IMG/VR virus record: IMGVR_UViG_3300022752_004330
Location: 32,001-96,000 of that record
DNA length: 64,000 bases
From: a virus
Strand: one strand, 5' to 3'
Shown: one piece after another, positions 57,465 through 64,000 of the stretch
Layout: every line of letters starts with the position of its first letter
Position numbering within the stretch: the first letter of the stretch is position 1
The notes under the pieces: generated by a model
The model's database searches: none
The model's input: the letters and a program-made list of their open reading frames with translations, nothing else
Told to the model about the DNA's origin: nothing
Position numbers and translations under genes: made by a program

Positions 57465-57482
57465 CTAGATCTAATATTTATT

Positions 57483-58013
57483 TTAAACAGGTTGACCGTT
57501 AGAGTCAACCTCTATCCAAGAATAGTCCCCTAACCATTTAACCTGACAAATGTATTCATACTCTACGGGAACGCCTGTACACCAGTCGTTCGGACCTAAT
57601 AGACTCAACCTTGTGCAATCTTTCTTTTTATCGTATAGAAGCCAATAGATATTGCCGTGAAAAATTTGAAATTGGTACTCGGCAGCATGAACCCAATCTG
57701 TAACTTCTAATCTACGCTTAATTTGGGTGGCCTGTTTTTGTAACACGGCAACCATTTCCATTATGCGGTTATATTCTTGTTCTGCATGTAACCGTGCTAC
57801 ATTGACCATGATGTCCTTTTGTTTGGTCACAGGGACCAGATCAAAGGAGGGACCTCCTACTTCTGTAGGATAAGGAGTAACATTTCGGTTGAAAAAATTA
57901 ACCAACCCGCCGCCGACAGTGATATCAAAACTATCTCTCCCTTTGGCAGAGTTGGGCTTTTGATCACCAGCTTGAGTTTGAATTTTCTGAGAGTCTGGTG
58001 TAGTTGAGGACAT
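57483..58013 (-). CDS. DUF2452-like protein
   Basis: PYPTEVGGP.F, coiled segment, G.IY.L, LSLLGP.DW, D.SW. Confidence 0.65.
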   Translation of the reverse strand: MSSTTPDSQKIQTQAGDQKPNSAKGRDSFDITVGGGLVNFFNRNVTPYPTEVGGPSFDLVPVTKQKDIMVNVARLHAEQEYNRIMEMVAVLQKQATQIKRRLEVTDWVHAAEYQFQIFHGNIYWLLYDKKKDCTRLSLLGPNDWCTGVPVEYEYICQVKWLGDYSWIEVDSNGQPV

Positions 58014-58131
58014 TACCTTGCCCATATTGTGCTTCGCCTAGTGCTTTGGCTTCCCAATCATTATTAGCATAGATACGAGTATGAGCAGTTTGATAACTAT
58101 TAATCCTAACCCAAAGTTCATAAAGATACAT
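57964..58131 (-). CDS. Small protein (55 aa; absent from the ORF track)
   Basis: GGAG SD; MYLYELWVRINSYQTAHTRIYANNDWEAKALGEAQYGQGNVLNYTRL... Confidence 0.62.
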   Translation of the reverse strand: MYLYELWVRINSYQTAHTRIYANNDWEAKALGEAQYGQGNVLNYTRLSENSNSSW

Positions 58132-58162
58132 AATATTGCTCCAAGTTGTTTACTGTACTTAT

Positions 58163-58191
58163 AGTATATGACAAAAACTAGTCTAAGTCAA
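58163..58191 (-). promoter_or_regulatory. Sigma70-type promoter
   Basis: TTGACT-17 nt-TATACT. Confidence 0.65.
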
Positions 58192-59097
58192 CTAGGCGTT
58201 ACTTAAATCATACAGCCCCTGCACACCGGGACCTTGGCAATTTTTATCGTTCATATAAGTGAAACATTGTCCTCGATTACCAGACCTATTAAAACTTATA
58301 TGATGCCACGGCTTTCCTGTTCCTGTTGTCTTGTATTCAAGTATGAACTGATCATATGGAACATTGGCCTTGACCCATTGAGCTCGTGTGTAATAATCGG
58401 ATTTACTCGCACTGGCATATTGAATATCCATGGCCATGCCTCTGGGATGTTGACTTGTAGGACTACCTACTCCTCCTTTTCTGAATGAACAGGTTATAAA
58501 AGCATCGGGAAACTGCGTCTTAATTGGGACCCAACAATTAACCACTAATGCTTTGAGATTATCACAGACATCTTGTACAGGTACTCCGTTTTCCGGAGCC
58601 ACTGTGGCAACATCGTACGGAAATATAACACCAGGTTGTTTAGTAACAGTTTTTACATATATCGTTGAAGTAGTAGTTTGTCCAGGAGGAATTGATGTCC
58701 AAACATATAATATTGTATCGTCAATTACGGAATCTAAATTACTGGCTGTGGTAGCTGAGCCAGCACTAGCGGTGCCAACTGTTGGATCGCTAGCAACTGG
58801 ATTAGCTCCTGCCCCATCACCACGTTTTAAATCTGCTTGGCTAATAACACCTTTTTCTATTAATATTTTTTGTTGTTGAGTAACAGAATATTCGTCGCTG
58901 GTTTCTCCTTCTACTGCTTCTTGAGCTTCTTTTTCTTTTTCATATTCTGCACTAGTTGTAATTGCACTCATAGATTGCATGACCAATGCGTCCGTCCCCC
59001 CTTGCTGTAACCAAAGTGCTATGGGTACAAAATTAGCAAATACATTATTGCTATGGTATACATCGTTTAATCTACCAGTTCCAGGAACGTAGGGCAT
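58192..59097 (-). CDS. Peptidase M15-like peptidoglycan peptidase
   Basis: ITCSFR, SQHPRGMAMD (H-x6-D), DQFILE, WHHIS. Confidence 0.8.
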   Translation of the reverse strand: MPYVPGTGRLNDVYHSNNVFANFVPIALWLQQGGTDALVMQSMSAITTSAEYEKEKEAQEAVEGETSDEYSVTQQQKILIEKGVISQADLKRGDGAGANPVASDPTVGTASAGSATTASNLDSVIDDTILYVWTSIPPGQTTTSTIYVKTVTKQPGVIFPYDVATVAPENGVPVQDVCDNLKALVVNCWVPIKTQFPDAFITCSFRKGGVGSPTSQHPRGMAMDIQYASASKSDYYTRAQWVKANVPYDQFILEYKTTGTGKPWHHISFNRSGNRGQCFTYMNDKNCQGPGVQGLYDLSNA

Positions 59098-59390
59098 TAA
59101 TATCTTCCTATATCTATGCCTGTTGTGCTGCTTATATATTGATCAGCAGCATCTTTCTTACATTCTACCATGGCCAGTATATGAGAATGTTTAATTTGCA
59201 CTGTGTCTTTACCACCTAAGAATAACCAAGGAATCATACCAATTCCTTTACTACTCAGTGTAGCGGCTAACGGCTGGTTTACTTCTATATATTCTTTCGT
59301 TTCATTGTCTAAACGACCAATAATTTCTTCGCCTGAAATTAATTTGCAACAAATTATATCACCTTTAGAAACAGTTTTAGACATTAACAT
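59097..59390 (-). CDS. Hypothetical protein (Sm-like fold candidate)
   Basis: KLISGEEIIG...P...G.GM.PW motif. Confidence 0.6.
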   Translation of the reverse strand: MLMSKTVSKGDIICCKLISGEEIIGRLDNETKEYIEVNQPLAATLSSKGIGMIPWLFLGGKDTVQIKHSHILAMVECKKDAADQYISSTTGIDIGRY

Positions 59391-59911
59391 TATTCTTCTT
59401 CTTCCTTCGGTGGTTTATCACATAGAGCTTCTAGAGTTTTGTAGTGTTGGTATGCTTTTTTCAGTGCTTCATAATGAGCTAGTTTTTCTGGGTCTGGTAC
59501 AAGAATAGATAATCTACGTTCTATGGTTTCTAACATTTCACCAAGGCTACGACCTTTCCATTTAATATCGCCATCAATTTCTGCATCACCATTTACCTTT
59601 AGAGTAGATTGACCGGTCCCACCACTTCCCCATGAATAAGTAGGCCCGGTATTGCTGATTGTAATATTTCCTGCGCTGTAAGGCATGGCGCTAATTTGCT
59701 GTGTGGTCAAAGGCTGCAAAGAGGGCCAATTTCCGTAATTATTATAAGTAGTATTAGCTGTAGATGACATCTCATTATTATAACTTATATCTATATCTTT
59801 TATAAGATCATCTAAATTCAATGTAGATATCTTAGTTAGACTTAAATTATCAAGGTTTATGTCAGAGTCGTGGTCTGCTGAAATTATAAAGTTATCCCTG
59901 TTATCATCCAT
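59390..59911 (-). CDS. Hypothetical protein
   Basis: IERRLSILVPD....Y.ALK.AY..YK.LE.L C-terminus. Confidence 0.6.
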   Translation of the reverse strand: MDDNRDNFIISADHDSDINLDNLSLTKISTLNLDDLIKDIDISYNNEMSSTANTTYNNYGNWPSLQPLTTQQISAMPYSAGNITISNTGPTYSWGSGGTGQSTLKVNGDAEIDGDIKWKGRSLGEMLETIERRLSILVPDPEKLAHYEALKKAYQHYKTLEALCDKPPKEEEE

Positions 59912-60128
59912 TCAAGTTCTCCTTGAGTTCAGTAAAGCCTCCGATTAATTTGCCATCAAGAAAGATCTGTGGAACTGTTTTTGCCAAGGGTACTGCTTCT
60001 AATAAATCTTCTTTAGTCCATCCGTCGCCGATTTTTCTTTCTTCAAATTCAATGCCCCTTTGCTTTAACAGGGCTTTAGCTTGGTCACAGTACGGACAAT
60101 GATATTTACTCCAGATGATTGCTTTCAT
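59904..60128 (-). CDS. Glutaredoxin
   Basis: CPYC, TVPQIF, IGGF. Confidence 0.93.
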   Translation of the reverse strand: MKAIIWSKYHCPYCDQAKALLKQRGIEFEERKIGDGWTKEDLLEAVPLAKTVPQIFLDGKLIGGFTELKENLNG

Positions 60129-60136
60129 GTTTCTCC

Positions 60137-61240
60137 TTATAGATCTGGAAGATCAGCGTAATGAACTACATCACTCATAATACCTATAACATAATTTGTG
60201 CTTTCATTTTCTTGTAACGCTGTTTGTTTCTTGTTTATATTTACATGTTTATTGAACCAGGGTATTGGATTTGTTTTAGGATGATCTTCTACATATTTTA
60301 TATTGATATCTTTCAGTTTCATAAAGGCTGTATAATCTACGAAATCTCTTAAAATTCCTGCATTTAATCCAATTACTACTCCCTTGCTAAACAGGTACTC
60401 TGCCCAGGTTTTTTCTTCTCTAATGACATCCAAATACATCTTGTATACTTCTTGTTCACATTCCTGTTTGGCCTGTCCGAATCTTTCATCTTCTTTTACC
60501 ACTTGGTTTATGATCCAAGCGGTCCATTCTGCATGTAGAATTTCATCTTGTAGAATTAATGCTATGATATTGCCGTTGCCAATAAAGATTTTATTCTCTA
60601 CCATGGCTAGGCTTGTAGCAAAAGATACCATAAAGCGAAATGCTTCTAATGCATAGCTAGCATTCAGTGCTAGCCAGATAGCCTTGACATGTTCTTTTTC
60701 GTTAACTGATTCTGGATTTACTTCTTTTAAACTATTGAGTCTATGAAGGTTATCATAATAATCACCAACACTGCTTGCCATGTCAACAATTTCTTTAGTG
60801 TCGTGTATCTTGTTAAATTCTTCTTTTGGAACTCCATAAACATTACGTATAATATGACTATAACTTTTGCTATGAATATTGGTTTCGAAAAAACTCCAAT
60901 TACTTACTAATGCTTCGAGCTCAGGTATACTTATGACCGGACTAAACACTTGGCCAGGGGCTCTACCTTGAATACTGTCCAACGCAGTTTGGCGCAGTAG
61001 ATTACTTGTAAAGATATGTTTTACAGCGTCGGTAGCATCTTTCATATCTATTTTATCTTTGGTCAGAGAAATTTCCTCAGGCACCCAAAAAAAACCTCTG
61101 GCCAATGCTTCGAAATTTTGTAGTTTAGGATATTTTACTTCTTCAAATCTTTGTACTGTAACTGGCCCTTCGGAATCTAAAAACATTTTTCTTTTTAAAT
61201 AATTAGGGCGTTTGGAAATATCATATTGTGCTTTGCTCAT
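60137..61240 (-). CDS. nrdB: Ribonucleotide reductase class Ia beta subunit
   Basis: FFWVPEEI, DSIQGR, ETNIHSKSY, LEAFRF, DEILH, ALQENE..NY. Confidence 0.94.
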   Translation of the reverse strand: MSKAQYDISKRPNYLKRKMFLDSEGPVTVQRFEEVKYPKLQNFEALARGFFWVPEEISLTKDKIDMKDATDAVKHIFTSNLLRQTALDSIQGRAPGQVFSPVISIPELEALVSNWSFFETNIHSKSYSHIIRNVYGVPKEEFNKIHDTKEIVDMASSVGDYYDNLHRLNSLKEVNPESVNEKEHVKAIWLALNASYALEAFRFMVSFATSLAMVENKIFIGNGNIIALILQDEILHAEWTAWIINQVVKEDERFGQAKQECEQEVYKMYLDVIREEKTWAEYLFSKGVVIGLNAGILRDFVDYTAFMKLKDINIKYVEDHPKTNPIPWFNKHVNINKKQTALQENESTNYVIGIMSDVVHYADLPDL

Positions 61241-61263
61241 CAGTGTGTCTCCTTTTTTATTTC

Positions 61264-63615
61264 CTACAACTTGCACGATTCACAATCTTCTACATCGTAA
61301 TTCTCATATAGTACTATGTTATCGGCTGCTGATATAAAATTATTACTCATATAATTTGTGGTATTAGTATTGGTAACATTTGCTTTGGCTCCGATCTTAT
61401 TGATAAGGCTGTAATAGATTGTCTTTATACCCCATTTATAAGCGAGCATTAAATTTTTGGCAATCAGTGTTCCTGGAACTTTACCGTCTTGAAAATATGC
61501 CGGATTATAAAATGTATTAGTAGAAAGACTTTGATCTATATACACAGCCAAGACTGCTGCTGTTTTTAGATAACCTAGACAATCTTTTTGGTCCCACATG
61601 AGCTGATATCTATTCTTTAATCTTTTATATTCTGGAACCACTTGGACAAAACTTCCTGCCTTGCTTTCTTTTACAGAAATTAGTTCCATTGGCATCTCAA
61701 TACCATTGGTTGAATTCAATACTACTGAACTACTTTCAACCGGAGCTACTGCCATTAATGTACCATTGCGAATACCATATTGCTTTATTTTTTCACGTAA
61801 AGACTCCCAATCCATACTGGGGGTGAAATCAGTTAATTCATTAACTCCCTGAGCTCTGCGTTCCCAGGGAAATATACCTTTACCATAGTAGGTATAAGAT
61901 GACCGCTTACATGGGCCACGTTCTTGTGCTAGTTCAACACTGGTTTCTGTAAGATAGTATGCCTGATGCTCCATCCATCGTTTGACTTCTGCTAGACTAT
62001 CTTTCTCACCGTATTTTAAATTACGTCTAGCGTGCCAATAGGCAAGATTGGTTATGCCTACTCCTAATGGTTCAAAGTCTTTGTTGGCCAATTCGCTTTG
62101 TATACTAAGAAAATCTTGATAGTTAAGTAAGTTACTTAATGAGCGGACCAATACCCTACAGGCTTTGCGCATATCCTGAGGATTACGGAAGGCACCCCAG
62201 TTGATCGACCCAAGAGTGCAAAGAGCAATTCGTCCATTAGGATCTTCAATTCTTTGGAAAGGCTTCGTGGGTAGTAATATCTCTTGGCATAGATTGGACT
62301 GATATATCGGATCAATGCTTGTATCAAACGGTCCCTGTTGGATAACGTTGTCGATATTGACCAAATAAATTCTACCCGTATCAGTACGTTCTTTAAGGAT
62401 ACCATTTTTGAATATTTCATCTGCCGGTAATACTTTTTTCTTTTTTGTCTTATCTTGTTCATAGCGCAGATAAAGTCTTTCAAATTCGTTTGAGTCTCTA
62501 TAGTATGCTTCATATAAATCCGGTACTTCGTGAGGATCAAACAAGGTTATCATTTCATTGTGTTTGTACCTGCGCCAAAACATCGCATTTACCACCACAC
62601 TGTAATCCATTTGTCGAACTCGCGTTTCTTCAGTTCCCTGATTGTTCTTAAGTACAATGAGGTCTTCAAACTGATAATGCCATATGGGAAATGTCACTGT
62701 ACAACTTGCGTTACGGATACCACCTTGACTACATGATCGCAGGTCACTAAACCATTTTTTCAAAAATGGTATCATGCCTGTATGTTTAATTTCTCCGTTT
62801 CGTATAGGAGAACCTAGTGGTCTAATACGTCCAATCTCTAAACCAATGCCTGCACGTTTGCTGGCATACTTGGCCATCATTTCGCCAGCAGCGAATATGC
62901 TATCAAGGGTATCATCGCTACTGATAAGAACGCAACTACTGAACTGTTTAGTAGTAGTGCCAAGCCCAGCAAGCACAGGGGTGGCAAGAGTGAAATGACC
63001 ATCTGAAGCGCACTCATAGTAATCCTTAACGTACTTTAATCTCTTATCTTTAGCCTCGGCATGAAAAGCAGTGGCCGCTGCTATGGCATAACGTACCTGT
63101 GGTGTTTCATAAATTTTTCCTGTACTGCGATTCTGTACCAAATACTTTTCGCAAAGTTGTGCTATGGCAGCATAGGTATAATTTTCGTCCTTGCTGTGAT
63201 CTATGAATAGTTCGATAATCTTCCATTCTTCCTCTGTATACCACTCTACTAGTTCTTTTGTATACATTCCTAATTGAACATTGTTCTTTATGATATCATA
63301 AAGAGGTATAGGATCATATTCTCCATAGACTTCTTTTCTTAACATGCTGAGTCTTTGGCGACCTGCGACATATTGGTAATTTACATTATTATATTCTGGG
63401 TTTTCACTTTCATCTATAAGGCCGACCATGGCCTGCAATAGCAGTTCATCAATAGTACTTGTTGTTATTCCATCATGTAGTTCTAACTGTGCTCGTAGCT
63501 CAATCATACTTGGACTCACACCATCTATTCCTCTACAACATAGTGCTACTTGTCTTTGTATCTTACTAATGTCAAGAGGAACGCGAGTTCCATTACGTTT
63601 CACTACTGTAATCAT
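61264..63615 (-). CDS. nrdA: Ribonucleotide reductase class Ia alpha subunit
   Basis: ATP cone (VVKRNG), QFSSCVL, SNLCQEI, CTLG, C-terminal CESCKL. Confidence 0.95.
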   Translation of the reverse strand: MITVVKRNGTRVPLDISKIQRQVALCCRGIDGVSPSMIELRAQLELHDGITTSTIDELLLQAMVGLIDESENPEYNNVNYQYVAGRQRLSMLRKEVYGEYDPIPLYDIIKNNVQLGMYTKELVEWYTEEEWKIIELFIDHSKDENYTYAAIAQLCEKYLVQNRSTGKIYETPQVRYAIAAATAFHAEAKDKRLKYVKDYYECASDGHFTLATPVLAGLGTTTKQFSSCVLISSDDTLDSIFAAGEMMAKYASKRAGIGLEIGRIRPLGSPIRNGEIKHTGMIPFLKKWFSDLRSCSQGGIRNASCTVTFPIWHYQFEDLIVLKNNQGTEETRVRQMDYSVVVNAMFWRRYKHNEMITLFDPHEVPDLYEAYYRDSNEFERLYLRYEQDKTKKKKVLPADEIFKNGILKERTDTGRIYLVNIDNVIQQGPFDTSIDPIYQSNLCQEILLPTKPFQRIEDPNGRIALCTLGSINWGAFRNPQDMRKACRVLVRSLSNLLNYQDFLSIQSELANKDFEPLGVGITNLAYWHARRNLKYGEKDSLAEVKRWMEHQAYYLTETSVELAQERGPCKRSSYTYYGKGIFPWERRAQGVNELTDFTPSMDWESLREKIKQYGIRNGTLMAVAPVESSSVVLNSTNGIEMPMELISVKESKAGSFVQVVPEYKRLKNRYQLMWDQKDCLGYLKTAAVLAVYIDQSLSTNTFYNPAYFQDGKVPGTLIAKNLMLAYKWGIKTIYYSLINKIGAKANVTNTNTTNYMSNNFISAADNIVLYENYDVEDCESCKL

Positions 63616-63648
63616 TTTCTGTACCCTTTATTCTTTTTAGATTTCTAT

Positions 63649-64000
63649 TTACCTTGGTGTATTAATTATAACCATATTTTGCAGGTATAATCCACCAGGA
63701 ATAAAATCAACATCAATCGGACCAGTATCGTCATAATTTAATACTTTTTTACCATCCACATATATTAAATTATATTCTCTAAATCTGTGTTTGTCTATGA
63801 CAGTGTGTAATTCAATAGAACTTTGATGAAATTTGTTAGATAATTTTAATGTCCAAGCTATCATTAATGATTTAGTGAAATCATCATACTTATTTTCTTC
63901 CAATATTTCCCAAGGTGTGGGCCATGATTGTTGGTTATATGGATCCACATATCTATTAAATGGAATAAAAGGTGCTTTGTTCCAAAATTCTTGTACTTCT
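63649..64000 (-). CDS. Hypothetical protein, 5' part outside the window
   Basis: ORF containing WPTPWEIL; the frame appears open to the window end. Confidence 0.55.
   Translation of the reverse strand, partial: EVQEFWNKAPFIPFNRYVDPYNQQSWPTPWEILEENKYDDFTKSLMIAWTLKLSNKFHQSSIELHTVIDKHRFREYNLIYVDGKKVLNYDDTGPIDVDFIPGGLYLQNMVIINTPR

Noticed and set aside
60137-63615. Intron or intein in nrdA/nrdB
   Set aside because: Both ORFs are continuous and of normal class Ia length.
1-64000. Genome-wide stop-codon reassignment
   Set aside because: Conserved genes end at TAG (ligase, infA, nrdA) and TGA (iscA, erpA) at the expected positions, and long ORFs are intact in the standard code.

Overview
This is a 64 kb, AT-rich, gene-dense segment of a large (jumbo-type, T4-like late promoter) tailed phage genome. 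The host-like genes (iscA/iscU/erpA, porin, ahpC/ahpD, infA) look proteobacterial, probably betaproteobacterial (inference). From about 2.8 to 21.4 kb the + strand carries DNA ligase, IF1 and very large virion/tail-fibre genes. The rest is almost all on the - strand: a PHP-less DnaE, secreted repeat proteins, heme oxygenase plus bilin reductase, ClpS/Hsp20/DnaK/ClpX, an R-M-like helicase/MTase locus, a DUF2828 (Ro60-like vWA) protein, bS21, porin, AhpCD, a permuted two-piece tmRNA and class Ia RNR. Four signals stand out. (1) iscU is interrupted at its conserved C-G-D motif by GGC-TGA-CG-GGC (matched codons around a stop), directly behind a free-standing HNH endonuclease; this is a candidate miniature ribosomal-bypass/homing-endonuclease cassette analogous to T4 gene 60/mobA. 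(2) Three copies of a covarying structured RNA motif (TTAGG-N4-WT-WCAGCAA...N4'-CCTG) are present, two of them leading the DUF2828 gene, suggesting a Ro60/Y-RNA-like ribonucleoprotein system. (3) The phage encodes a circularly permuted tmRNA with tag (A)NDDYFGEVRLAA. (4) ROSE-like RNA thermometers precede both hsp20 and dnaK. No CRISPR array, rRNA or complete tRNA was seen. All protein calls are by motif recognition, without database searches.
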